DNA of 64,000 nucleotides from Candidatus Amesbacteria bacterium RIFCSPLOWO2_01_FULL_48_25 (GTDB lineage: Bacteria; Patescibacteriota; Microgenomatia; CAZETR01; Amesbacteraceae). Each line of letters starts with the position of its first letter. The stretch's first letter is position 1. The stretch lies in NCBI GenBank assembly GCA_001773695.1, contig MEXN01000006.1, positions 4,136 through 68,135 on the forward strand, written 5' to 3'. The position numbers were made by a program, and so were the translations under genes. Positions 48,477 to 58,315 of this stretch are shown here, piece by piece. The notes beneath the pieces are model-generated. The model made no database searches. It was given only the letters and a program-made list of their open reading frames with translations, and was not told the origin of the DNA.

Positions 48477-49169
48477 ATGTTATCCAAAATTCTGGGCCTA
48501 CTAATGGCCCTTTTTAATCTCTCTACTCCTGTTCCACTTGTTACTCCCACTCCCTTTCCTACCCCGACTCCAACCGTCAAATCAGTTTATATAGAAAATG
48601 TCCCTTTCACGGCCCAAGCCCCATTTGGCGAATGGTCAGACCCCAGGCAGCAGGACGGCTGTGAGGAAGCCTCGTCTTTAATAGCCATTTCCTGGGCCAG
48701 AAACCAGACTCTTACCCCACAAAAAACCCTGGACGCAATTCTCAAAATTTCCCAATTCCAAACTGACAAATACGACGAATATCGAGACACTTCTGCCTCC
48801 GATACGGCCAACAGAATTATTCACGACTATTTCGATTATCTCCAGGCCGCGGTCAAAAGCATTTCCTCACCAGAAGAAATAGTCTGGGAACTGGCCCAGG
48901 GCCATTTAATTATTGCCCCTATGGACGGCCAAAAGCTCAAAAACCCCTTTTACACTCCCCCCGGCCCCGAAAGACATATGCTGGTTATCAAGGGTTACGA
49001 CAAGGAAAAACGGCAATTTATTACCAACGATGTAGGTACCCGCCGGGGGGAAAACTACCGCTACCCCCGTGACGTATTATTCTCTGCTATCCGTGATTAC
49101 CCCACCGGCTACCACGTTTCCATCACCTCAGTAATCAAAAGAATAATCGTCATTTCCAAGCCTTCCTGA
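48477..49169 (+). CDS. Secreted papain-fold cysteine peptidase-like protein (Peptidase_C39_2-like)
   Basis: Signal peptide and a Pro/Thr linker 'TPTPFPTPTPT'. Candidate catalytic residues are Cys in 'QQDGCEEAS', His in 'ERHMLVIKG' and 'ITNDVG'. Confidence 0.45.
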   Translation: MLSKILGLLMALFNLSTPVPLVTPTPFPTPTPTVKSVYIENVPFTAQAPFGEWSDPRQQDGCEEASSLIAISWARNQTLTPQKTLDAILKISQFQTDKYDEYRDTSASDTANRIIHDYFDYLQAAVKSISSPEEIVWELAQGHLIIAPMDGQKLKNPFYTPPGPERHMLVIKGYDKEKRQFITNDVGTRRGENYRYPRDVLFSAIRDYPTGYHVSITSVIKRIIVISKPS

Positions 49170-51038
49170 GCCGATTTCCTGCCAATCGAATCTTCCGTCT
49201 GGCAAAAACCTCCCGATCATCATTACCCCCTCTTCTTTCGATTCCCTCCTCACGACTCTCCTTCCTGAAACCGGGCTGAACAAAACCGCTATTCCATTTT
49301 CACTTTTAATCACTTCCCCGTCTACATCCACAACCTCAAATTCTCCCGGATAAGTGGCCACAACCAAAGCCGAGTTTGGCCGAAACAACGGGGAAACAAC
49401 ACTAGAAAAACTATCAATATCCAAAAAACTCAATATCGCATCAATTCCTTCGGTGCTGTTAATAATCCCAATGTGGTCTTGGTTGATTATGCTATTTTGA
49501 GTCGCGTCGGGAAGCATACTGCTTATATTCAGTACAGCCCCGTCCCCCGCGGTTGACTCATATCTTCTAGTCGGCCTGCCGTCCGCCCAGTCGCCCACCC
49601 TTACGTCTCGAGGATTAGCCCCTATGACATCCAACTCGGCCAAAGTGGGCTCACCAGTCCCGGACAATGTTCCCATATTTACATTAAAAAACGGTGTTCC
49701 AAAAATCGAATTCATTAGCCACAAGTTACTAGCCGTCATCCCACCAACGTCTATGTAATCCCCAGTCTTCTTATCTCGCAAATAATTAAACACCGGCAAT
49801 ATGTCCTGGACTGATGGAAAGTAGTTCTCAACTGTTGCCCGGTCATCTTCATGAAAAAATTGACCGCAGCTTTTCAAAAGCAAGCTCAACGCAATTCTTT
49901 GAATCAAGTCGCTATCCCATATTTCCCCTGCCGACCACGCCGGGTAAGCATTTACAGCCCCCATGTGTGGTGAGCCCACTGTAATCATTTTATCTACCCT
50001 ATTAGCATTCTCCACCAACTCTAGATATCTTCTCGAAACCAATCCACCCATACTATGGCCCACCACATCGACCCTTCCCGACGCGGCTACCGAACCAATA
50101 TGCGACCCCAGCCCGACCCCGTTTAGCGTTACCGGGATCCTCCAGTCATAGTAATACGGATGAACCTCCACATTTTCAGTGACCCCCAATCTATCCAACA
50201 ATGGACTATAAGCAAACTCCGCAAACGGCGCCAATGTCCATTCACCCTCGTAATCTTCGGGATCCAGCTTGCAATTTAATATGGCATCCGCATTCCAACT
50301 CGCCTCCATCCCCGGCACAAGCACTACCTTTTTAACACTCGATGTGGGAGAAGGGATCGGCGTGCCCGTTAGCGCCGGAGTCACAGTCGGACTAGGGGTC
50401 GTAGTGAAGTCTGACACCTCAAAGCGAGTAAGATCACTTGTATTAATGTGTTGATTGATAATAATGTGACGAGGTATGAAACTTGCGTCCGAAAAAGTAA
50501 GTGTCACAATGCCATTTATTGATGCAACATAGTTGCCTGAATCATACTCGACGCTAATGGTATTGTTTTCTGTAAAGTTGAATACACCAGTAGTTGAATA
50601 TTGGTAAGGTACACTTCCCAAACTTTCTAACTTTACACTTGGTAGCGAAGGATAAAATCTGAAAAGAGCCGAGTTATTGTCGGTAGCATCGTTAAGCCTG
50701 ACATCCATAAATGCTTCGTTACCGTCAAACGAGATATCAGAACTAATGTTAAAGTTTTGTGTAACGATAAAATGAGAGGGAAGATCAATATTGTCTAGTT
50801 GATTTACATCATAAACACTACCTGCTCCATCCCCCGCAGTATTATTAAAAATTACATACTCTCCCCACTTCGGAGGGCTAGCAAACGAAGGAGTAACCCA
50901 ATGCGAATCATGAACAGAAAGAATAGTGTCATTCTCATCTTGAAAATCATCCAAGAACAAGGTGACTGCTTGTGCTTGTTGAGCAAAAAAGAAGAAACAA
51001 AGTAGTCCTACAAAACTCAACGCACGCACCGGCTTCAT
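49128..51038 (-). CDS. Secreted alpha/beta-hydrolase lipase/esterase (GHSMGG nucleophile elbow) with an N-terminal beta-rich domain
   Basis: Signal peptide 'MKPVRALSFVGLLCFFFFAQQAQA', PT-rich linker, and 'VDVVGHSMGGLVSRRYL'. Confidence 0.65.
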   Translation of the reverse strand: MKPVRALSFVGLLCFFFFAQQAQAVTLFLDDFQDENDTILSVHDSHWVTPSFASPPKWGEYVIFNNTAGDGAGSVYDVNQLDNIDLPSHFIVTQNFNISSDISFDGNEAFMDVRLNDATDNNSALFRFYPSLPSVKLESLGSVPYQYSTTGVFNFTENNTISVEYDSGNYVASINGIVTLTFSDASFIPRHIIINQHINTSDLTRFEVSDFTTTPSPTVTPALTGTPIPSPTSSVKKVVLVPGMEASWNADAILNCKLDPEDYEGEWTLAPFAEFAYSPLLDRLGVTENVEVHPYYYDWRIPVTLNGVGLGSHIGSVAASGRVDVVGHSMGGLVSRRYLELVENANRVDKMITVGSPHMGAVNAYPAWSAGEIWDSDLIQRIALSLLLKSCGQFFHEDDRATVENYFPSVQDILPVFNYLRDKKTGDYIDVGGMTASNLWLMNSIFGTPFFNVNMGTLSGTGEPTLAELDVIGANPRDVRVGDWADGRPTRRYESTAGDGAVLNISSMLPDATQNSIINQDHIGIINSTEGIDAILSFLDIDSFSSVVSPLFRPNSALVVATYPGEFEVVDVDGEVIKSENGIAVLFSPVSGRRVVRRESKEEGVMMIGRFLPDGRFDWQEIGSGRLGNDDYSFDY

Positions 51039-51255
51039 ATAGAAAACATACCCCCACTAAGAACGACAACTGCTAATAAGGAGAGAATGGACGAGAAAAA
51101 ATAAAAAGTCAAGTAACTGTATCAGTAGGTCAAACCGGTTTAATGAGAAAATCAATTAGAATACAAAAACATATTAAAACTTTCACCCCACACACAGTTT
51201 CATCGATTTTAGTAAAATAAGAACACTCAATAATTATTGTATTAAAATACGAGGA

Positions 51256-52029
51256 ATGAAAATCAATCCCTTTAAAATTGAAAAAATTCGACATACACTC
51301 GCAACTAATAGAAAGTTTGACCAGCTAGTTAAAACTTATCGGAGTACGAACTCGTACCCCGAAATTTTTGATCTTAACACCTCAGTACTTTGGGACAAAT
51401 TGAACTGGAAATCCCCACTTACTCCAGAACAGAATCCCATGGCATACGACAGGGTAAAAATCGTGGCAGGATTAATCCCTATCGGATACCAAAGAATTCT
51501 TAACATCGGTTTCGGGTCTGGGGACCTGGAAAATGAAATATTTAAAAGCCAAGCCGCAAACTATGACTGGGAGGGCATAGATATTTCTCTAAAATCAGTC
51601 AAAAATTTGCAAAGAAAATATCCTCGGAGAAAATTCATGATAGGGGACGTCACGAAACTCAAAACACCCCAAAACCCATACGATGGAGTAATAATAATGG
51701 AAGTCTTAGAGCATATCAGACCGTCCAAAATTCTTTATGTTTTGGCCAGAATATATAGTCAGCTTAAAAATAGTGGCTGGCTTATCCTGTCCGTCCCTCT
51801 AAACGAAGGCTTGGAAGAAATGATGGCTAAAAATTACAACCCCAACGCCCATGTCAGAATTTACTCTCCGGGATTAGTTCAAGCTGAATTGGAAATTTCC
51901 AAGTTTCAAGTTCAAAAACAAATTAATTTATATGCTTTTCATAAAAACTACTATCTCAAAAAATTTCTTCTCAAATTTTTTCCATGGCTCAAAGCTCCAA
52001 ACAATTTAATTATTTTAGCAACCAAATGA
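51256..52029 (+). CDS. Class I SAM-dependent methyltransferase
   Basis: 'ILNIGFGSGDLE' and 'DGVIIMEVLEHI'. Confidence 0.6.
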   Translation: MKINPFKIEKIRHTLATNRKFDQLVKTYRSTNSYPEIFDLNTSVLWDKLNWKSPLTPEQNPMAYDRVKIVAGLIPIGYQRILNIGFGSGDLENEIFKSQAANYDWEGIDISLKSVKNLQRKYPRRKFMIGDVTKLKTPQNPYDGVIIMEVLEHIRPSKILYVLARIYSQLKNSGWLILSVPLNEGLEEMMAKNYNPNAHVRIYSPGLVQAELEISKFQVQKQINLYAFHKNYYLKKFLLKFFPWLKAPNNLIILATK

Positions 52030-52946
52030 AAGTACTTTTTCTGACCAGACTATTCTTTCCTCATGTAGGTGGAGTGGAAAGGCATATATCAGGACTGATA
52101 AACACTTTGTCCAAAAAACATAAGTTTACAATTATCACTGAGCAATTCTCACCGGACCTCCCTAGGCATGAAGTTATAAAGGGCGTCTCTATTTTTAGAA
52201 TCCCCTTAGCCAACGCATCTGAAAAACACAAAAAATGGCTGATATGGAAATGGCTACTCAAAAACTCTTATCTGATTTTCTCCGCGGACATAATTCACAT
52301 CCACGACGTTTTTTTCTGGATCTTGCCTTTCCTACTCTTTACAAGAAACAGGATATTTATAACATTTCACGGATACGAAGGTGTCAACGCCCCCGTCTGG
52401 AAACAAAAATTCTGGCACAAACTAGCCGAAAGGTTAACTCGCGGAAACATCTGTATCGGTGATTTTCATAAGAAATGGTATGGCACCAGGCCGGACATAG
52501 TCAGCTACGGCGCAGTGGATCAAATATCTACACCCACAACAAAAAGGGCAGGAGCTATTTTCATAGGCAGGCCAACCACAGATGCAGGACTCGAAGAATA
52601 CAAAAAACTAGCAAAAATCCACAAAATAAAACTAGATATCCACACCCACACTCCCAATGCCGCCCGGCTTATTCCCAGATATAAATATGCCTTCGTATCC
52701 AGGTATTTAGCCATTCTCGAAGCACTCATTACCAAAACTCCGGTAATTGTTCACTACAATAATGCCATCAAATACGATTATTTGGCTCTCGCCCCCTTTG
52801 CTAAATTCATTAGTCAGTTCAACGATTACCGGCTTGCCGACGTCTTCTCCATAACCCCAGACAAGATACAAAAAGGCTACAAATGGGCGAGAGAGCAAAC
52901 TTGGGCTAAGCTAGCTGGAGAGTACGAGACATTATGGCAAAAATAG
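52026..52946 (+). CDS. Glycosyltransferase-like (GT-B, GT4-related, degenerate)
   Basis: 'MKVLFLTRLFFPHVGGVERHISGL' GT4-type N-terminus. Start set at the ATGA overlap. Confidence 0.5.
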   Translation: MKVLFLTRLFFPHVGGVERHISGLINTLSKKHKFTIITEQFSPDLPRHEVIKGVSIFRIPLANASEKHKKWLIWKWLLKNSYLIFSADIIHIHDVFFWILPFLLFTRNRIFITFHGYEGVNAPVWKQKFWHKLAERLTRGNICIGDFHKKWYGTRPDIVSYGAVDQISTPTTKRAGAIFIGRPTTDAGLEEYKKLAKIHKIKLDIHTHTPNAARLIPRYKYAFVSRYLAILEALITKTPVIVHYNNAIKYDYLALAPFAKFISQFNDYRLADVFSITPDKIQKGYKWAREQTWAKLAGEYETLWQK

Positions 52947-53803
52947 CCCTGGTCATCACCGTCTACAACGAGAACCGCACCATAGATTCACTTCTAGCAT
53001 CTCTCAAATCTCAAACTCTCCAACCCTCAGAAACAATAATAGTCGATGGGGGATCCAGTGATAGCACATATTCCAAACTTCAATCTTATTCCAAGTCATA
53101 TCTCAAACTTAAAGTTTTCCAAAAGCCAGGTAATCGCTCAGTTGGCAGAAATTACGCAGTATCAAAAGCTACATCTCCCATAATAGCTTTCACCGATGCC
53201 GGCTGCATTCCCGAACCCAACTGGCTAGAAGAGCTGATAAAACCATTCTCAAATTCACAAGTCAAAATAGTTAGCGGTTACTATAAGGGACTGCCAGAAA
53301 ATCCATTCCAAGAAGCTCTGGTTCCGTACGTTTTGGTAATGCCGGACAAGGTCCAAAAACAAGAGTTTTTTCCCGCCACCCGTTCCATGGCCATTCGTAA
53401 AGAGGTATTCATCACGGCCGGAGGCTTCGATCCGAACTTGTCCCACAACGAAGACTACGCCTATGCTCATAAGTTAAAAAAAATGGGTTATAACTTTACG
53501 TTTGCCCCACATGCCGTGGTCGGGTGGATCCCCAGAAAAAATCTCATCAAGGCTGCAAAAATGTTCTTCCGTTTTGCTCTAGGGGACATCCAGTCAAAAA
53601 TCATTCGTCCTACCGTAATCACCCTTTTTGCTCGGTATATTCTGTTTTTATTTTTTCCATTTATCTTTCCACTTTATTTGTTTTGGCCAATATTAAAAAA
53701 TTCCCGCTACGTCCATTCAGTCAAGGCTATTCTTTGGCTGCCGGCAATCCAATTTACAGCCGATATTTCCGTTATGATTGGTACACTGTATGGGTTACTT
53801 TAA
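52934..53803 (+). CDS. Glycosyltransferase family 2
   Basis: 'IALVITVYNENRTIDSLLASL...IIVDGGSSDST' and 'FTDAGC'. Confidence 0.7.
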   Translation: MAKIALVITVYNENRTIDSLLASLKSQTLQPSETIIVDGGSSDSTYSKLQSYSKSYLKLKVFQKPGNRSVGRNYAVSKATSPIIAFTDAGCIPEPNWLEELIKPFSNSQVKIVSGYYKGLPENPFQEALVPYVLVMPDKVQKQEFFPATRSMAIRKEVFITAGGFDPNLSHNEDYAYAHKLKKMGYNFTFAPHAVVGWIPRKNLIKAAKMFFRFALGDIQSKIIRPTVITLFARYILFLFFPFIFPLYLFWPILKNSRYVHSVKAILWLPAIQFTADISVMIGTLYGLL

Positions 53804-55013
53804 ATCGGTTATCCGCGGTTTGTCTTGGTCATTTACTCTCCGGTTCTTTATCCGTGGATTTACAGTTGTGCGTACAATTGTCCTGGCCAGGATACTTCTT
53901 CCGGCTCAATTCGGTGCCTATGGTGTGGCCTCTCTGACCTTGGCAATTTTAGAAGTCTTTACAGAAACCGGCATAAACGTATTTCTTATCCAAGAGCGAA
54001 AACTTGAACCGCATTTAAACACGGCCTGGTCCGTTTCAATAATTCGTGGCTTAGTCATTGGTGCAGTCATGTTTTTTGCCAGTCCGATAATTGCCACTTT
54101 CTTTCGCTCGCCCAGCTCCCTTATTTTGATACAGTTGATTGCCCTAGTAGCCATCGTTCGCGGCTTCATCAATCCGTCTATAGTCAAATTTCAAAAAGAT
54201 TTACAGTTTCACAAAGAATTTATCTTCCGTGGAGTAATTTTGGCCGCTGAAGCGGTTATCGCTATCAGCCTGGCCATTATTTTGCGCTCCCCCATCAGTT
54301 TGGCGATCTCCCTTCTAATTAGCGCCTTTTTCGAAGTCGTCTTATCTTTATATTTCATTCTGCCCCGGCCCAAATTAATCTTTAACAAAAAAGAAATTCA
54401 CTTGATAGTTCAACGAGGGAAGTGGGTCACCGCCGCAGGTATTTTTAACTATCTTTATCACAACGCGGACAACATCGTAGTGGGCAGGATGTTGGGAGTT
54501 ACCTCACTAGGGCTATATGACACAGCCTACAAAATATCAGGACTTCCGGTTACCGAATTGGCCGAAGTATTTTCCAAAGTGACCTTTCCGGTGTTTGCCC
54601 AAATAAAAGGAGACAAAGTTCGTCTTTGGCAATCTTTTATCAAATCCACCCTAGCACTTTCAGCCATCGTAGTACCTTTTGGAATCTTTTTGTTTTTCTT
54701 CCCCCAGATTATCGTTTTTCTTCTTGGGCCCAACTGGGCACCGGCCATTCCCGCACTCCGTTTATTATCAATTTATGGCGTGATCAGGTCGATCTCCGGT
54801 TTTTCCTCGGCTTTATTTCTCGCCGTCAATAAGGCCAATTTCGTCACTTACGTCACCCTAGCCAGCATCCTTGGGCTGACAGTTTCCATTTATCCGTTGG
54901 TGTCGCGCCTCGGTCTTGTGGGGGCCGCACTATCAGTTATCATCGGCTCTCTCACTGCTTTACCAGTTGTTATTTACTATACCTACAAGATTTTTAATAA
55001 CCTCTCATCATGA
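53778..55013 (+). CDS. Wzx-like oligosaccharide flippase (MOP superfamily)
   Basis: 411 aa, about 12 TM helices, polysaccharide-biosynthesis-protein architecture. Confidence 0.55.
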   Translation: MVHCMGYFKSVIRGLSWSFTLRFFIRGFTVVRTIVLARILLPAQFGAYGVASLTLAILEVFTETGINVFLIQERKLEPHLNTAWSVSIIRGLVIGAVMFFASPIIATFFRSPSSLILIQLIALVAIVRGFINPSIVKFQKDLQFHKEFIFRGVILAAEAVIAISLAIILRSPISLAISLLISAFFEVVLSLYFILPRPKLIFNKKEIHLIVQRGKWVTAAGIFNYLYHNADNIVVGRMLGVTSLGLYDTAYKISGLPVTELAEVFSKVTFPVFAQIKGDKVRLWQSFIKSTLALSAIVVPFGIFLFFFPQIIVFLLGPNWAPAIPALRLLSIYGVIRSISGFSSALFLAVNKANFVTYVTLASILGLTVSIYPLVSRLGLVGAALSVIIGSLTALPVVIYYTYKIFNNLSS

Positions 55014-55330
55014 AAGCAATCACTGTTCTTATTACCTTGTGGTTTATTCTCAGTGTCTCTCGGCTTGGATATAACTATTTGAGAGCTTTTACTTCGGAGA
55101 AGAATTGGATATTTATGATCGATTATCAAAAAAAAACTCGCCTTTTGGGAGATGACTTTATCTTTTTGTCCAATATCGCATCGTCTTGCTCGATTTCGTC
55201 AACGGTGAATATTTTCAATCCCTTCCCAAAATCAGACCAAAAGTTATTTTATCTGAGCTATTACTACCTGTATCCGAGAAAATTAATATTTAGTCCATCA
55301 AATGTCCTTTCCTACAAGTGCAATGAATGA
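55010..55330 (+). CDS. Small hypothetical protein (N-terminal TM)
   Basis: 106-aa ORF between the flippase and a membrane protein. Confidence 0.3.
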   Translation: MKAITVLITLWFILSVSRLGYNYLRAFTSEKNWIFMIDYQKKTRLLGDDFIFLSNIASSCSISSTVNIFNPFPKSDQKLFYLSYYYLYPRKLIFSPSNVLSYKCNE

Positions 55331-56615
55331 GTTAATAGTGGTTTTGGTACTAGTCTTCATTACTCTTTTTGGAGTGGCCTTCCTTTACCTCTTTCAATTT
55401 TTGTCAGATCTAAACTTTTGGGAAAAGATCCCCTATGGATTCGGCCTGGGTTGTGGTCTTTTAGCCATATATATGTTTGTATTGGGAAGAATCGGTCATT
55501 GGCAATATCCAGTCATCATTACTCCCCTACTTCTCTCAATAATTCTTGCCATTTTCCTCCGTTTCAATCAAATTAAGCAAGATGTTATCTGGAGGTTTTC
55601 ACTTGATCCTTGGGACAAAATGCTTCTAGCACTAATATTTCTTCAGGTAGCCTATACTGGATTTGAGGCCTGGTTGCGGCCACTTTCTGCCTGGGACGGC
55701 TGGGCCATTTGGCTTCTCAAGGCCAAGATGTTTTACCAAGACGGGTTTGTGAATCCCGAAATTTATCACCTGACCATCAGCCAGTATCCCTACGTCGTTA
55801 ATCTTATTGGCACCTTTATCTATCAAACACTCGGAGTTGTTGACGACAGGGCAGTTCTTCTTTTTTTCTTCTTTGTCTATTTAATGTTAGGCCTATCCTT
55901 TTTTAGTTTTATCAAATCCAAATTTTCTATTACCCGCTCCATACTTTTTACTTTCCTCCTTCTTTCTTTACAAAACATCATTCGTCACGGGGGTCGATTT
56001 GAAGCGGGATATGCAGATCTAACTCTCGGATTTTACTTATTTCTCGGCTTTACTTTATTGCAAAGATATCTTACCCATTCAAAAATATCCACCCTTATCC
56101 CCCTTTCACTATTAATGGGCATCTCCAGTTTAGTTAAAGAAGAAGGGTTTGTGTTCACCGCCATCTGTCAGATAATCATTTTTTACCATTCAATTTTTAG
56201 GCACAAAAACTTCAACCACTTTCTCATTTCACTCATCTGGTTATTACCCTATATCGATTGGCAGATATTCAAATCTCTAAACTCTATATACATCAACCCC
56301 TATTCCGGAGGGATGCTAGATTTAGCTAGGTTTTCCCAAATAGTGATATTAATGGGCAAAGAGCTGGCCAAAATCCAAAATTGGAATTTCCTTTGGCCAA
56401 TATTTTTCCTTGCTTTGATCTTCAATAAAAAAAATCTTAAGCCAGATGCTAAACTGGCTCTTCTTTTACTCAGTCTCCAATTTGCCTCCTATTTAGCAAT
56501 CTTTCTCATCACCCCAATACCGATTCAAGTCCAGGTTCCCAACTCCTTCGATCGCCTGCTTTTGCATTTGGCACCATTGGCTCTTTACACCATAGCCGCA
56601 TCAGCAAAGAAATGA
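55302..56615 (+). CDS. Polytopic membrane protein (possible polymerase / GT-C-like)
   Basis: 437 aa, more than 10 TM helices. Confidence 0.4.
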   Translation: MSFPTSAMNELIVVLVLVFITLFGVAFLYLFQFLSDLNFWEKIPYGFGLGCGLLAIYMFVLGRIGHWQYPVIITPLLLSIILAIFLRFNQIKQDVIWRFSLDPWDKMLLALIFLQVAYTGFEAWLRPLSAWDGWAIWLLKAKMFYQDGFVNPEIYHLTISQYPYVVNLIGTFIYQTLGVVDDRAVLLFFFFVYLMLGLSFFSFIKSKFSITRSILFTFLLLSLQNIIRHGGRFEAGYADLTLGFYLFLGFTLLQRYLTHSKISTLIPLSLLMGISSLVKEEGFVFTAICQIIIFYHSIFRHKNFNHFLISLIWLLPYIDWQIFKSLNSIYINPYSGGMLDLARFSQIVILMGKELAKIQNWNFLWPIFFLALIFNKKNLKPDAKLALLLLSLQFASYLAIFLITPIPIQVQVPNSFDRLLLHLAPLALYTIAASAKK

Positions 56616-58315
56616 CTCCTCACTTACAAGCATTTGTCAATTTGGCAATTGCCTCGATAACCTTCTTAACTCTTTATGCTCTATCTCTCCGCTTTAAAAT
56701 TCCCCAAGTAATCACTTTACTCTTCCTAAGCTTACTTCCCCTGTATTCCCTCTTAAACAAGGGCACATTCGAAAGCGGCGATTTATCCATAAATGTCGTT
56801 AAATCTATGATCTTTTATAAATCTTTGTCGGAAGGAAATCTGATTCCCCGCTGGGCTGGCGATCTCAACGCCAAATACGGTTATCCGCTGTTCATTTTCA
56901 CCTACCCTCTGCCTTACTACACAGTCAGCCTTTTTCACGGGCTTGGATTTAGTTTTATAAGCAGTGTCAAGGCCTCCATGGCCGCTTACTTCCTCTTATC
57001 TGGGTTAGCCTTTTATCTTTTTGCTCGTCACAAATTCGGAAACCGAGTCGGACTAATCTCGTCAATCTTTTATCTATTCGCTCCCTATCACCTTATAAAT
57101 TTGCACTTTCGAGTTGCATTGGGCGAGCTGGCCGCTTTTGTGTTTGTCCCCCTGTCAGCATTCCTGGCGGAACTAGTGTTAGAAAAAAGACAGGCGAAAT
57201 ACACACTCTTTTTGGGAATCAGTCTTGCGTTTCTTATCTTATCTCACCAAGCCATTTCTTTAGTTTCCTTGCCATTGCTTGCACTTTACTGCTTCATCAA
57301 ATCAAGAAGATTCGTAATCTTGCCATTTGTCTTAGCTTTGTCTCTCTCTGCATATTATTGGATACCTGTAATCTTTGAAAGTAAATACACTCATCAACCA
57401 GAATCTGCCAAAACGGTTGCCTTTTGGCCTCTTAGTAGCTATTTTTATTCTCCTTGGCGATATGGCTGGCTTTTTCAGGGTCACTTTGGCGAATTAGTAT
57501 TTCCCATAGGTTACATTCATCTACCACTTATTGGTATTGCTTCATATCTTATTCTCAAAAACAAAAATAGAGATACTACATTTTGGTTAATAAGTTTTGT
57601 TTTGTTATTTATTTTGATGCAAAAATTTTCTTCACCCCTCTGGCAAGCCATCCCTTTCCTTAGCAATTTCCAGTTCTCCTACAGATTGATGGTAATTTTG
57701 AGTTTTATTTCTGCACTCTTAGTAGGGCACGTCTTCGCAGCCGTTCGGATACCGACATCACTTCAAAAGGCACTCCTATTTATAGTTGTAATTACTACTG
57801 TCTTGAATTGGAGCAGTCGTAAATTTTTGCCGGAAGTTACTGACGAAACACTAGCCCGTTACTTACCGCTCGCAACAGCCCGTGAGGAAGGTTTTTCACC
57901 GGCATCTCCCACTTGGACACCCAAAGATAACCCTTGGCAATTCCAAATACCCCTTGCTCCTGCCGAAATTCTTGAAGGAATAGGAACTATCATTCCACTA
58001 ACCAGGACCAGTACCAGTCACACATATGACGTCATCGCCCAAATCCCAATTAAAATTAAGGAAAACACCCTTTACTTCCCCGGATGGCAACTATACGTGA
58101 ACGACAAGCCCTCTCCTCTTCCATCCCCGTCACCCCAATCTCAGGGAATAGTCGAATTTTCCATCAATCCTGGTTATCATAAAATTGCTCTGAAATTTGT
58201 AGATACTCCGGTTAGGTTATTTGCCAAGACCCTAAGCAAGCTCTCTTTGGCTCTCGTGCTTCTCACCCTTTTCCACTCGTCGAGACTAAATTTGTTTAGT
58301 AAAAATAGAGATTGA
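56612..58315 (+). CDS. Large polytopic membrane protein, paralog of 9368..10660
   Basis: 'NLIPRWAGDLNAKYGYPLFIFTYPLPYYTVSLFHGL' shared motif; a C-terminal soluble domain. Confidence 0.45.
   Translation: MTPHLQAFVNLAIASITFLTLYALSLRFKIPQVITLLFLSLLPLYSLLNKGTFESGDLSINVVKSMIFYKSLSEGNLIPRWAGDLNAKYGYPLFIFTYPLPYYTVSLFHGLGFSFISSVKASMAAYFLLSGLAFYLFARHKFGNRVGLISSIFYLFAPYHLINLHFRVALGELAAFVFVPLSAFLAELVLEKRQAKYTLFLGISLAFLILSHQAISLVSLPLLALYCFIKSRRFVILPFVLALSLSAYYWIPVIFESKYTHQPESAKTVAFWPLSSYFYSPWRYGWLFQGHFGELVFPIGYIHLPLIGIASYLILKNKNRDTTFWLISFVLLFILMQKFSSPLWQAIPFLSNFQFSYRLMVILSFISALLVGHVFAAVRIPTSLQKALLFIVVITTVLNWSSRKFLPEVTDETLARYLPLATAREEGFSPASPTWTPKDNPWQFQIPLAPAEILEGIGTIIPLTRTSTSHTYDVIAQIPIKIKENTLYFPGWQLYVNDKPSPLPSPSPQSQGIVEFSINPGYHKIALKFVDTPVRLFAKTLSKLSLALVLLTLFHSSRLNLFSKNRD

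Noticed and set aside
51039-51255. 217-nt AT-rich intergenic region as a possible ncRNA
   Set aside because: It has no conserved structure motifs that I can recognise. It is most simply explained as a divergent promoter region between the lipase and methyltransferase genes.
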